The translations under genes were made by a program, and so were the position numbers. The notes under the pieces were generated by a model. That model saw only the letters and a list, made by a program, of their open reading frames with translations, did not search any database and was not told the DNA's origin. Of a stretch of 62,269 nucleotides of DNA, positions 28,518 to 38,499 are shown one piece after another. The DNA is taken from IMG/VR virus record IMGVR_UViG_3300022200_000021; one strand, given 5' to 3'. Within the stretch, counting starts at the first letter, position 1. Every line of letters begins with the position of its first letter. The DNA is from an uncultured virus (IMG/VR IMGVR_UViG_3300022200_000021). Taxonomy: Duplodnaviria; Heunggongvirae; Uroviricota; Caudoviricetes.

Positions 28518-29579
28518 ATGACTATTTATATTATAGATTTAGAACCCATAGATACTCGTTATACTAAACAATGGCGAGAGTTTATCCCCAATCAAATTGA
28601 ACAATACTCATTTTTAGATGTAGTAAATATCTCTGGAAATGAAATTCCTCCAACTACAACTCCTGGTGCATTTTTAGATTTCAGCGCAACTAACAATTAT
28701 AAATCATCACAACTTCAAAAGATTAGTCAATTATTTTCAACTGGTAAAGTAAAAGATGGAGATTATTTCTTATATACTGATGCATGGAATCCAACAGTTA
28801 TACAATTAAAGTATATGGCATCATTAATTAATGTTGACATTAAAATAGGTGGATTATGGCATGCTGGATCGTATGATGACAACGATTTCTTAGGGAGGCT
28901 AATTGGTAATACACCGTGGATTAGACACGCAGAACGTTCAATGTACGAATGTTATGACCACAATTTTTTTGCAACAGATTATCATAAACAATTATTTTGT
29001 TATACGTTTGGATTAAATAGTAATTCTAGTAAGATTTATAAAGTGGGATGGCCTATGGAATATTTACAGGCAACGCTGCGTCCAACATTTGAAAATAAAG
29101 AAAATTTAATTGTTTTCCCACATAGGATTGCACCTGAAAAACAAGTTGACATATTTTACGACTTGAAAAAAGAAATGCCTGAATTTGATTTTGTAGTATG
29201 TCAAGAAAACTCATTATCAAAAGATCAATATCATTCAATTTTAGATAAGGCAAAAATAGTGTTTAGTGCAAATTTACAGGAAACACTGGGAATTTCAACA
29301 TGTGCAGAAGGCCCTATATTTGGTGTAATACCGTTAGCACCTAATAGACTAAGTTATACGGAGATATTTAAAGACTATGATAATTTTCTCTATCCTTCAG
29401 AATGGACTTTAAATTTTGAATTATATCAAAAACATAAACATAACTTAATTGACAAAATAAGATATACTATGTATAATTATGATAGAATCGAAAATGATAT
29501 TAATCGATATCTTTCTGATACGTACTTAGATTTTTTTTCAGGTAACAAACTATATAAAAAGGTAACAAATGAATATTAA
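28518..29579 (+). CDS. GT-B fold glycosyltransferase (GT4-like)
   Basis: FPHRIAPEKQ and SANLQETLGISTCAEG donor-binding motifs; WHAGSYD. Confidence 0.8.
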   Translation: MTIYIIDLEPIDTRYTKQWREFIPNQIEQYSFLDVVNISGNEIPPTTTPGAFLDFSATNNYKSSQLQKISQLFSTGKVKDGDYFLYTDAWNPTVIQLKYMASLINVDIKIGGLWHAGSYDDNDFLGRLIGNTPWIRHAERSMYECYDHNFFATDYHKQLFCYTFGLNSNSSKIYKVGWPMEYLQATLRPTFENKENLIVFPHRIAPEKQVDIFYDLKKEMPEFDFVVCQENSLSKDQYHSILDKAKIVFSANLQETLGISTCAEGPIFGVIPLAPNRLSYTEIFKDYDNFLYPSEWTLNFELYQKHKHNLIDKIRYTMYNYDRIENDINRYLSDTYLDFFSGNKLYKKVTNEY

Positions 29580-30237
29580 TGAAATTGAGAAATCTGTTAA
29601 AGATTGTGTATATTTACAAGACACAATGAATACCGCAGTACATCCTATATGGAGGGGGAATAATTATAACTGGAAACGTGCAATGCTAGTTGAATATGTC
29701 GAAGCTATTGACCATCTTAATTGGAAATGGTGGAAACATCAAGAACCTAACTACTATCAAGCATTTATTGAAATGGTTGATGTATTTCACTTTGCTCTTT
29801 CAAATGTAATGGAATCACCGCTTAATTTTGAAAGCGACTTATCTAAAAAAATTAGCGAGATTGCAGAGCAAGAATATGTTCCTGAAAATAAACAACAAGC
29901 AATTGTAGCAATAGAACATGCTATTAAATGTATATATGCCGATAATGACTCGTTAGATTTAATTGAACTAACGCTTGAGCCTATTTTAATCTCTCATTTA
30001 TTTTTAGGTTATACTGTTTCTGACTTTTTTAAAGCATATATAGGTAAAAATGTTCTTAATTTATTTAGACAAGCAAATGGATATAAAAATGGATCATATC
30101 AAAAACAATGGGGCAATTATGAAGATAACGTATTTTTAGAACAAATTCTTAATGAGACTGAAGTTGTTGATAAAGATGTAATTTTCAATAAACTTCAAGA
30201 ACAATATAATCATATAACTGTAGGAAGTATGCAATGA
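29569..30237 (+). CDS. Dimeric all-alpha dUTPase/dNTP pyrophosphatase
   Basis: WKWWK, EMVDVFHF, KNVLNLFRQANGYK and EDN motifs of the dUTPase_2 family. Confidence 0.88.
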   Translation: MNINEIEKSVKDCVYLQDTMNTAVHPIWRGNNYNWKRAMLVEYVEAIDHLNWKWWKHQEPNYYQAFIEMVDVFHFALSNVMESPLNFESDLSKKISEIAEQEYVPENKQQAIVAIEHAIKCIYADNDSLDLIELTLEPILISHLFLGYTVSDFFKAYIGKNVLNLFRQANGYKNGSYQKQWGNYEDNVFLEQILNETEVVDKDVIFNKLQEQYNHITVGSMQ

Positions 30238-30773
30238 ACCTTACGCACTTAACATGGAAAGATATTGATACTGCAATTAATAGTATTATTCTTAAAATGT
30301 ACAACGATAACTGGCGTCCTGATTATATTGTAGGTATTGCTAGAGGAGGGTTACCGTTAGCAGTAATGTTAAGCCATCGGTTGAAAATCCCAATGTATGG
30401 ATTAGGAATTAGTTTGCGAGATATGGTAGGGTTAGAAAGTAATTTGTGGATGAGCGAGGATGCTTACGGTTATGTTAGTTCACATCCGTTAGTAGAACCT
30501 ACTATTACTAATGAACGGAAACAAATATTAGTAGTAGACGACATTAATGACACAGGAGCTACATTTAACTGGTTGAAAGATGACTGGCAACGATCGTGTA
30601 TGCTAGATTCAACTAATGTATGGGATACCGTCTGGGGTCATAATGTAAGATTTTCAGTAATAATAGATAACCTAGTATCAAGTTTTGATGGTGTATCATA
30701 TTGTTGGAAAGAAATTAATAAAGCTGAAAATAACGAATGGATTGTATTCCCCTGGGAAGATACTTATAAGTAA
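30234..30773 (+). CDS. Type I phosphoribosyltransferase (xanthine/guanine PRT-like)
   Basis: VGIARGG, LVVDDINDTGAT PRPP loop and WIVFPWE. Confidence 0.88.
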   Translation: MNLTHLTWKDIDTAINSIILKMYNDNWRPDYIVGIARGGLPLAVMLSHRLKIPMYGLGISLRDMVGLESNLWMSEDAYGYVSSHPLVEPTITNERKQILVVDDINDTGATFNWLKDDWQRSCMLDSTNVWDTVWGHNVRFSVIIDNLVSSFDGVSYCWKEINKAENNEWIVFPWEDTYK

Positions 30774-30786
30774 ATTAGGAGATATT

Positions 30787-31470
30787 ATGGCATTTCAAAT
30801 AAATAAAACAGATCCAATTTTAGGACAAGAAATTCATAAACATTTAGTAAAATGTAATGTAGAAACACCTTTGTCAATTTATGAACTTAACGAGGCTTCA
30901 GGTGTTAAAATTGAAAAATTAACACATCATTTTACTGAAATTTGGAAAACAATGGGCCTCGATTTGACAGATGATAGTTTAGCTGAAACACCGAAACGAA
31001 TGGCAAAAATGTGGGTTTTAGAAACAATGTGGGGGTTAATACCTGAACATTTTCCAAAATGTACAACTGTTGAAAATAAAATGGGTTATGATGAAATGGT
31101 TGTTGAGAAAAATGTCAATGTTCAAAGTCAATGCGAGCATCATGGCGTAGTAATCGACGGTTTTGCAACTGTGGCATATATTCCAAAAAACAAAGTGTTA
31201 GGATTATCAAAAATTAATCGAGTTGTTGAATATTTTGCAAAAAGACCACAAATTCAAGAGAGATTAACTGAGCAAGTATATTATGCTTTACAATATATTC
31301 TGGAAACAGATCATATTGCAGTAGTAATTGATGCAAAACATTACTGTGTTGCTGCTAGAGGTGTTGAGGATACTGGTTCAAGTACAGTTACATCAAAACT
31401 TGGGGGAGCATTTAAAACAGATCATAGTTTACGTCTTGAATTTATGAATATCGTAAATAAAACCGCATAA
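30787..31470 (+). CDS. folE: GTP cyclohydrolase I
   Basis: ETPKR, CEHH, GLSKINR, QIQERLT and HYCVAARG. Start reassigned to 30787 (AGGAG RBS). Confidence 0.95.
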   Translation: MAFQINKTDPILGQEIHKHLVKCNVETPLSIYELNEASGVKIEKLTHHFTEIWKTMGLDLTDDSLAETPKRMAKMWVLETMWGLIPEHFPKCTTVENKMGYDEMVVEKNVNVQSQCEHHGVVIDGFATVAYIPKNKVLGLSKINRVVEYFAKRPQIQERLTEQVYYALQYILETDHIAVVIDAKHYCVAARGVEDTGSSTVTSKLGGAFKTDHSLRLEFMNIVNKTA

Positions 31471-31517
31471 GATAAATATTATAAATGATACGGTGCTTTA
31501 AATAATAGTAAAGCACC
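31471..31517 (+). promoter_or_regulatory. Late promoter motif followed by a hairpin
   Basis: GATAAATA at 31471-31478; ggtgcttta-N8-taaagcacc at 31492-31517. Confidence 0.55.
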
Positions 31518-31546
31518 ATTTTATAATTTTAAAATGAGAGGTTTTT

Positions 31547-32743
31547 ATGGCTGTTACTATACAATTACGAAGAGACACAACTACAAATTGGTCTTCTAAA
31601 AACCCAATTCTCCACGAAGGCGAAATTGGGTATGATACTTCAGCTAAATTATTTAAAATAGGTAACGGACTTACTGCATGGAATGATCTTACTTATTTTG
31701 CAAATAATAATGTTGAAAGTCCAATATATGTTCAAATTACTGATCCAACTATCGATCAAACAATTGCTGATGGAAGTATCTGGATTAATCCAGACGATGC
31801 ATCACTTCCGCTTGAAGGACCGTCTGCATATGAAGTAGCGGTTAATGGAGGATTTATCGGCTCAGAAGCTGAATGGCTTGCAACATTAGTGGGTCCACAA
31901 GGACCTCAAGGTGAACCAGGACCTCAAGGACTTCAAGGACCTCAAGGAGAACCGGGAACTGTAGATACGTCATCGATTAATTTATTCAACGATGTAGATA
32001 CTGTTACAACTGCCCCGGCTATAGGGCAAGCATTAGTGTGGGACGGTTCTAACTGGATCCCGTCAGAAGTGTCAAACAACAATATTGTTATTTTCAATGA
32101 CTATTATACGTCACCTGCATCGCAAACATCACCATTCACTACAGGTCTTGCAAATGCAGCAATTGGCGCAGTAGATGCTGCAGATATGGCAGCATTTTCT
32201 CAAAATCATCCCGGTATTATTTGTCTTAAAGGAAATACAGGTACTACTTCTGGCTCAAGTGGATGGTTAGGTACTGAAGAAATGTTTAAGTTAGAAGCTA
32301 ATATGTTGTTTGAAGCAGTTTTTAGGACTCCTACTGACCCTGCTGATTTAGCAACTGTGCGATACACTATAGGTTTTAACGATTCATGGGGAAATATTGA
32401 TTTTTCCGCAGATGGTGCTACATTTTGGTACGATGGTAGTACAAACATTGGCCAATTTAAAACTGCAAATAACAATTCTAAAACAACAGGTACTAATTCA
32501 GTCGGGCTATCTGAAGCAACTTGGTATAAAGTGTCAATATTAATTAACTCAGATGTTACAAGTGCATCATTAGATGTTAGAACTATGGATAATACTAGCA
32601 TTCTTTCCGAAACAATTTCAAGTAATTTACCAGTAAATACAACAGGCGCACGGGTAGGAGGATGGACTTCTAGATTCGGGTCGTATGAGCCTATTTTATT
32701 TTTAGATTACATCAGATTAACTTATCCAGACCCAAGAATTTAA
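31547..32743 (+). CDS. Fibre protein: Mtd_N/hyaluronidase-type N-terminus, short collagen stretch, lectin-like C-terminus
   Basis: IQLRRDTTTNW...GEIGYDT...KIGNG, GPSAYEVAV..GFIGSEAEWL and (GPQ/GEP)n. Confidence 0.75.
   Translation: MAVTIQLRRDTTTNWSSKNPILHEGEIGYDTSAKLFKIGNGLTAWNDLTYFANNNVESPIYVQITDPTIDQTIADGSIWINPDDASLPLEGPSAYEVAVNGGFIGSEAEWLATLVGPQGPQGEPGPQGLQGPQGEPGTVDTSSINLFNDVDTVTTAPAIGQALVWDGSNWIPSEVSNNNIVIFNDYYTSPASQTSPFTTGLANAAIGAVDAADMAAFSQNHPGIICLKGNTGTTSGSSGWLGTEEMFKLEANMLFEAVFRTPTDPADLATVRYTIGFNDSWGNIDFSADGATFWYDGSTNIGQFKTANNNSKTTGTNSVGLSEATWYKVSILINSDVTSASLDVRTMDNTSILSETISSNLPVNTTGARVGGWTSRFGSYEPILFLDYIRLTYPDPRI
31892..31960 (+). repeat. Collagen Gly-X-Y repeat
   Basis: GPQGPQGEPGPQGLQGPQGEPGT; ggacctcaa repeats at DNA level. 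Confidence 0.85.
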
Positions 32744-32772
32744 TAACACAATTACATAAGGATTTATAAACT

Positions 32773-33231
32773 ATGGCAAATTCACTATACGCAGCGGCAC
32801 GTCAACACTTTTTACAAGGCGATATTGATTGGATTAATGATAACATTAAAGTAGCATTAGTATCCGGTTCATATATTGGCGGTTCTCAAGGTATTGACAA
32901 CGATTCAACATACGCTGACCTTGGAGGTAACTTTCTATCAGCGACACAAAACACTGTTACATTAACAAACAAAGCATCTGTTTTAAATTCAGTATTAGGA
33001 GTAGCAGTTGCTGATCCAGTAACCTTTACTGCAGTAGTTGCTAATCAAACTATTGCATATTTGGTAATTTTTAAAGATCCAGATGTTGCAAATATCGACG
33101 GTCCTCCAGCTGACCCTGCATCTGCTCCATTAATTGCGCTATTTGACTCTGGATACGGTATCGGTGCTGGAACAAATGGTGGGAATATTTTAATTACGTG
33201 GGATGTTAATAACGGGTTATTTCATATTTAA
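32773..33231 (+). CDS. Putative tail/fibre-associated structural protein
   Basis: MANSLY...FLQGDIDW..DNIKVALV...NGGNILITW pattern recalled from phage tail modules. Confidence 0.55.
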   Translation: MANSLYAAARQHFLQGDIDWINDNIKVALVSGSYIGGSQGIDNDSTYADLGGNFLSATQNTVTLTNKASVLNSVLGVAVADPVTFTAVVANQTIAYLVIFKDPDVANIDGPPADPASAPLIALFDSGYGIGAGTNGGNILITWDVNNGLFHI

Positions 33232-33241
33232 GGATTGCTAA

Positions 33242-36200
33242 ATGAATTTATTATCTTACGGATCGAAATTCGACTTATGGAATTACAGAACTACTGCAGG
33301 TTCGGCATATGTTGTTACTAGAGATGCTGAGTTAGATCCACTTGGTATAGGCAACATGGCAGACCAAATCGAAGCTCAAGTAGGTTCGTATGGTGGTTTA
33401 AAAAATTCAACAGCAATATTAGAACCTAATACTACGTATTATTTTAGTATTTGGATGTATTCCCCAGAAGGTTATTCTGGGGGATTTACTTTTAGATTAT
33501 ATCAAGCAAATACAATCGGTACATTATATGCACAAAATAGTTCAATAACATCTGAGCATAATTTAGTAGGATTTTCAGTTTCAGGTGATAGCTATAAAAA
33601 TACAATTGTAGGTGATCAAGTAACTCCCAATCCTTGGACAAAATATACTTGGGAATTTACTACACCTGCTGAAGTTGATAACACAGTTCCTACTGAATTT
33701 AATATCATGCTAGTAAGTGGTTCTACTAGTAGATATTCAATGTGGGGTGCTACATTAGATACAATATCAGGAGTAGAGTTTCAATATGATAGTATCGAAG
33801 AATACGGCATTAACTCATTAATTAGAACGCAGTTGTTTTTTTACCCGTCAATTGACGAATATGATATTAATAACGAGTTAGTTACTACTCCATTTGATCC
33901 GCTGAGATTTGGATTTTTGGATTATAACTTGATTAGGGACGGAATTGGATCAGACTTTGCAAAATGGAAGCGAGTTAATTCGCTATGGTATGCAACTACT
34001 AGAGACTATGAAGTTGCTCCAGATAATAAATCAAACTTTGCAGATCGAATAGTATCAAGTGCTGGGCAATATGGTGGGTTAGAATATGGTTCTTACATAT
34101 ATGCTAATGTAACATACACGTTTTCTGTATATGTTAAAGCATATAATGCATCTAGCTCAATTAGTTTCAGATATTGGAATAATCAAACCGGTTCTAAGTT
34201 TTGGGGAGGAGTTAATAACCCTATAGATTATCCATTTGCATATCAAGCATACTATTCAGTACCCGACGATAGCGAATGGCATAGAGTATATTGGACGTTT
34301 ACTGCTCCTGCTAATGTAGTTGATCCTATAGATATTTCAAATTGCAAGTATTACATCGATATATCATCAACTTCCGACGTGGCTCTTTGGGGAGCACAAT
34401 TAGTAGTAGGCAGTTCTCCAATAGTATACCAAGATCAAGTAAATAATTCATATTCGATGTCGTATGCACCGTCAATATTGGATGTATTTCCACCGTCAAT
34501 TGACGAATTAGATGGTAATGGCGACCCTATAACTACATTATTTGATGTTACTAGATATGCTCAATATAGTAGATTAGGCAAAAATGCAGTTCCTTATGGA
34601 AATACATTTGATCGGTTGTCGGATGACGGGTTAGAATATCTATATTCCTATACTAATGTTAATAAAGTTTATCCAAACTTAGTCGAGTCACCTGTAGATC
34701 CAGTACTTAACGAGTTTGGTATTGGCAATATTGCTGATTTAATTGAAGGTGTTAGTATCGAAACGGCATCTGGTATGACTGCTGAATGGAAGTCGATAAC
34801 AGACTTAGTCGAAGGCACAGTGTACACAGTGTCAACATGGATTAAAACTAAGTACTTAAATTCTGTTGCAACATTACAAGTAGGAACATCTGGAAACTGG
34901 TTTACAGGATTTGAAGATCAAGCAGCAAACAATGAATTTTCTCATATTTCATGGAAAACTGAAAATGGATCGTTTCAAATAACTGAAAATGAATTATCTG
35001 AAGGAGAGATAATCATTACTCCTAGTGTAAATGAAGAACGATCATCACCTGCAGTTATTCCATCTGATAAAAAATTATACGAGCGAGTTGGTGCAGCATT
35101 ACAATTTACGTCAGCTAACTTTTCATCTGAGATTTTTACATACGATGCTACTGCAAGTACACAAATATCTAGAGATGTATCATTACTTGATGATGTTGAC
35201 TTATCAGAAGTTGAACTACTAGTTAAAAATTGCACGTTTTTATATCAAGAACATGATCGCAGCATACTTCCATCTCGGTTTGGTGTTGATTTTTGGGGTA
35301 AAATTGCAAGTGAATATACTAGAATTAACGGTTATGGTGTTACAGAATGGGCGTATGATGACACAATGACTAGTGAGAACCATGATTTAAAAGGTTGGGG
35401 GATTTTATTTTATGATACTACTGGAAGAAAACATATTAAAATTTTTAAACAATTTAATCCATTGCAACATGTATGGTCTGTAGTATCTTATAGCTTTACT
35501 CCTCCAGTAGGTTCGGTTAATGTAGCAGATAGTCAAGGAAATGTTAGTTCAGTTACAATCGATGAAACAATGCCGGTAGGTGTTGGAATATTTGTAAAAG
35601 GAAAACTTGAGTTTTACGGTGCATTACGATTGTTTGATCAAACAACACACCAATCAAACTATGTATCAACTAACACTAGCACATGGAATCGAGCAGAATT
35701 AACATTTACAACAACACGATCTCAAGGTAATCGATTATTTTATCAATGGGCTCCTGGAACTGCAGATCCGTTACGATTTTCATATAAACCAATTCCTCTT
35801 AGAATTATTTTAAATCAACCTAGTCAACCGTTAATAGAAGGTAATCCTGATCCAGCATACTTACCGTGGACGCCGTTGTATGCGTCTTCGTATGTATATG
35901 GACTAATGATTAACGAAGGTGCTACAGCTGATGCTTATGTACCAGATGAACCTGAACCGTTATCTTATCCTTTTAGTTTTATTGCAAGCAATGCTAAAGC
36001 ATTTTATCCTAAGATAGACTATATAGGTGATATTGAAATTAAAGTTCCATATATTAAAAGTTGGAATAGAACCCCAAAACATAAACACGGGCAAAATCAA
36101 ACAGGAAATAGCTGGTACGGTACTAACAATATATTTCTTAACATTGTTAAGCATGCTTCTGGAGGTATTGCAAGAGATGCTGTAGACTATGGCTATTATT

Positions 36201-38419
36201 TCCCACAAACTACTAAATATTACGGTTGGTTATACCGTGATAAATCTGTAGATGGTAATGGTGTAGATAATTCATTTTCAACATTTGGGACACGCTTAAT
36301 CTTTCGTAAAATTACATTTAATGCAGGCGAAACTACATTTATTATTGATAAAGATAACGGTGGTGACTGGTATAAATTGTTAAATGATGTGCTATACGAT
36401 AAACGTATGCTCGGTGAAGGTGTTGCTGAAGGTACTAAATTTGTATCAGCAGTTGAGACTCCATCTACAGTTGTTGCAACTGTTGACACTCCCTTTACAG
36501 CAAATAGCATTGATTTAGATAGTAAGCGTCGCAAATATTGGTATATTAAAAAGTTTAGAATTGACCATACAGATGACTTAAATATGGACGACGACGGATA
36601 TCCTAGAATTATACCAACAGGATATAAGTATTCTATGATGGCTGCTAGAAATTCATCACCTTGGCGTAATATCGGTGCTAGTATGATGATCCCTCCATTT
36701 CATCAATCTGGAAGATATGTGTTACGATGGGAAGGGGAAGGGGATATTACTATGGAAAACACTATAGGATTATCAGCGTCGTCGCATCCAGTTACAGAAA
36801 TCTCAAGAACATCAAACAGCATTACATATTATATCGATTGTTCTGGTAGAACAGCAGATGGCAAAGATGTATATATGGAATACGGCATTGATACTCAAGA
36901 AGAACCGGAAATTTTATGGCATTTAACCCAAGCAGGTTTTTTAATCACATGGTTATCTACAAATCCAGCAAATCATATTAGAAATGTTGAATTAGTCGAA
37001 GAAAGATACTTAGAGCTATACGACTCTGGTGAAAAATTTTATCCTGAATTTTTAGAAAGACAGGAAATGTTTAAGTGTCAGAGATTTTTAGACTATTCGT
37101 GGGCTAACGTGTACCACTTTTGTGCAGGTGATATCTCAATGATGGGTAAGTTAAGTCACGCATCATATGTTAATCAAGGTGTAAACGTACCTCACGAAAT
37201 TATGATTGAAATATGTAATCGTCTTAAACAAGACTGTTGGTTAAATGTGCCTGTAGCTTCACCTCCTGAATATTATATTCATATTGCTACAATGTTTAGA
37301 GATAACTTAGATCCAAGCTTACGGTTATATTTAGAATGTGGTAACGAACCGTGGAACGGTGCATTAGCAACTGGGCAATTTTTAAGTATATATGGTCAAG
37401 ATGAGAATTTAATATCAGTACTTCCTGAATACGAGCAAACTTCAGGTAATCCTACATATACTGCTTCGTTATTAGGATATGCAAAATACTCCCAATATGT
37501 ATTTGATATTTTCGATTCTGTATTTGCAGGTTCTAATGGGTTATTACAACCGTATCGCTCATGGGACGATCCTAAACAACAAAAACGTAGATTGATACGG
37601 TGTTTAGGGACGTTTGGGAGATACACTACAATTACTGTATGGCGATATGCAAAATATTTTACAAAAAACATTTTAGGGATTCCATATGATGCTATTACAG
37701 AAAACGGATATTATTCGGACTTTTTAGAAAAAGAAGTATTAGACTTAGAAAAGTTAGCAGCTCCAGCATTATATCCTTGGACGTTAAATGAAGTAGTACA
37801 TTATGCGTGGGAAGGATTACATACTAAACTAACATATGAAGATAATCATTATTATGAAATTTACAAAGTTGTAAATGAAGAAACTGGAGAAAATGTTTTT
37901 GGGTTAGACACAGACGGTGATGTTATCATTCCATCGTTTACTATGTATGAAGGTGGTTTAGGATGTCCAGGCCCTTCGGCCACATTGCTTTATAATATAA
38001 TGAGATTGTTATGGGAGGAAGACGGTGTAAACACAATTTACCATATTTACTCCGAAGCGATTGAATGGTGGATTAATTTGGTGAAAGATCATCCAAAATC
38101 AGACGAATGCGTATTTTTAAATTGGAAAAGTCCTCAACAATACGGTCGAACTGATCAATGGGCAATTACACCAAAATCTAACTATACAGAACCCGAGTAT
38201 TATTCATTTCCTAGAGTCAGAGCATTTTATGAGGAGGCAAAAATTATGAGTTTACCAGTAGTTGAGTTATTTGGAAGTAACTATTATCAATCAAAACCAA
38301 AAGTTAAAATTAATAATCAATGGGTTGATATTAGTAATGTAAATATGCGACAAAATAATATGTGGATGCTTAGACCGGCATACATTATTAAATATCGAGC
38401 TAATAATAATTGGAATTAG
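33242..38419 (+). CDS. 1725-aa protein: tandem CBM-like domains plus a putative clan GH-A glycoside hydrolase domain
   Basis: Three ~216-aa repeats. C-terminal FYPEFL..RFLD, VPHEIMIEICN, WLNVP, LECGNEPWN and YEGG. Confidence 0.65.
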   Translation: MNLLSYGSKFDLWNYRTTAGSAYVVTRDAELDPLGIGNMADQIEAQVGSYGGLKNSTAILEPNTTYYFSIWMYSPEGYSGGFTFRLYQANTIGTLYAQNSSITSEHNLVGFSVSGDSYKNTIVGDQVTPNPWTKYTWEFTTPAEVDNTVPTEFNIMLVSGSTSRYSMWGATLDTISGVEFQYDSIEEYGINSLIRTQLFFYPSIDEYDINNELVTTPFDPLRFGFLDYNLIRDGIGSDFAKWKRVNSLWYATTRDYEVAPDNKSNFADRIVSSAGQYGGLEYGSYIYANVTYTFSVYVKAYNASSSISFRYWNNQTGSKFWGGVNNPIDYPFAYQAYYSVPDDSEWHRVYWTFTAPANVVDPIDISNCKYYIDISSTSDVALWGAQLVVGSSPIVYQDQVNNSYSMSYAPSILDVFPPSIDELDGNGDPITTLFDVTRYAQYSRLGKNAVPYGNTFDRLSDDGLEYLYSYTNVNKVYPNLVESPVDPVLNEFGIGNIADLIEGVSIETASGMTAEWKSITDLVEGTVYTVSTWIKTKYLNSVATLQVGTSGNWFTGFEDQAANNEFSHISWKTENGSFQITENELSEGEIIITPSVNEERSSPAVIPSDKKLYERVGAALQFTSANFSSEIFTYDATASTQISRDVSLLDDVDLSEVELLVKNCTFLYQEHDRSILPSRFGVDFWGKIASEYTRINGYGVTEWAYDDTMTSENHDLKGWGILFYDTTGRKHIKIFKQFNPLQHVWSVVSYSFTPPVGSVNVADSQGNVSSVTIDETMPVGVGIFVKGKLEFYGALRLFDQTTHQSNYVSTNTSTWNRAELTFTTTRSQGNRLFYQWAPGTADPLRFSYKPIPLRIILNQPSQPLIEGNPDPAYLPWTPLYASSYVYGLMINEGATADAYVPDEPEPLSYPFSFIASNAKAFYPKIDYIGDIEIKVPYIKSWNRTPKHKHGQNQTGNSWYGTNNIFLNIVKHASGGIARDAVDYGYYFPQTTKYYGWLYRDKSVDGNGVDNSFSTFGTRLIFRKITFNAGETTFIIDKDNGGDWYKLLNDVLYDKRMLGEGVAEGTKFVSAVETPSTVVATVDTPFTANSIDLDSKRRKYWYIKKFRIDHTDDLNMDDDGYPRIIPTGYKYSMMAARNSSPWRNIGASMMIPPFHQSGRYVLRWEGEGDITMENTIGLSASSHPVTEISRTSNSITYYIDCSGRTADGKDVYMEYGIDTQEEPEILWHLTQAGFLITWLSTNPANHIRNVELVEERYLELYDSGEKFYPEFLERQEMFKCQRFLDYSWANVYHFCAGDISMMGKLSHASYVNQGVNVPHEIMIEICNRLKQDCWLNVPVASPPEYYIHIATMFRDNLDPSLRLYLECGNEPWNGALATGQFLSIYGQDENLISVLPEYEQTSGNPTYTASLLGYAKYSQYVFDIFDSVFAGSNGLLQPYRSWDDPKQQKRRLIRCLGTFGRYTTITVWRYAKYFTKNILGIPYDAITENGYYSDFLEKEVLDLEKLAAPALYPWTLNEVVHYAWEGLHTKLTYEDNHYYEIYKVVNEETGENVFGLDTDGDVIIPSFTMYEGGLGCPGPSATLLYNIMRLLWEEDGVNTIYHIYSEAIEWWINLVKDHPKSDECVFLNWKSPQQYGRTDQWAITPKSNYTEPEYYSFPRVRAFYEEAKIMSLPVVELFGSNYYQSKPKVKINNQWVDISNVNMRQNNMWMLRPAYIIKYRANNNWN

Positions 38420-38452
38420 AAAAACTGTACATCTATATTAGATACTTAATTA

Positions 38453-38485
38453 AAAAATACGCTTTTACAATAAAAGCGTATTTTT
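38453..38485 (+). terminator. Terminator hairpin
   Basis: aaaaatacgctttta-caa-taaaagcgtattttt. Confidence 0.75.
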
Positions 38486-38499
38486 CTATATTAATTTAT

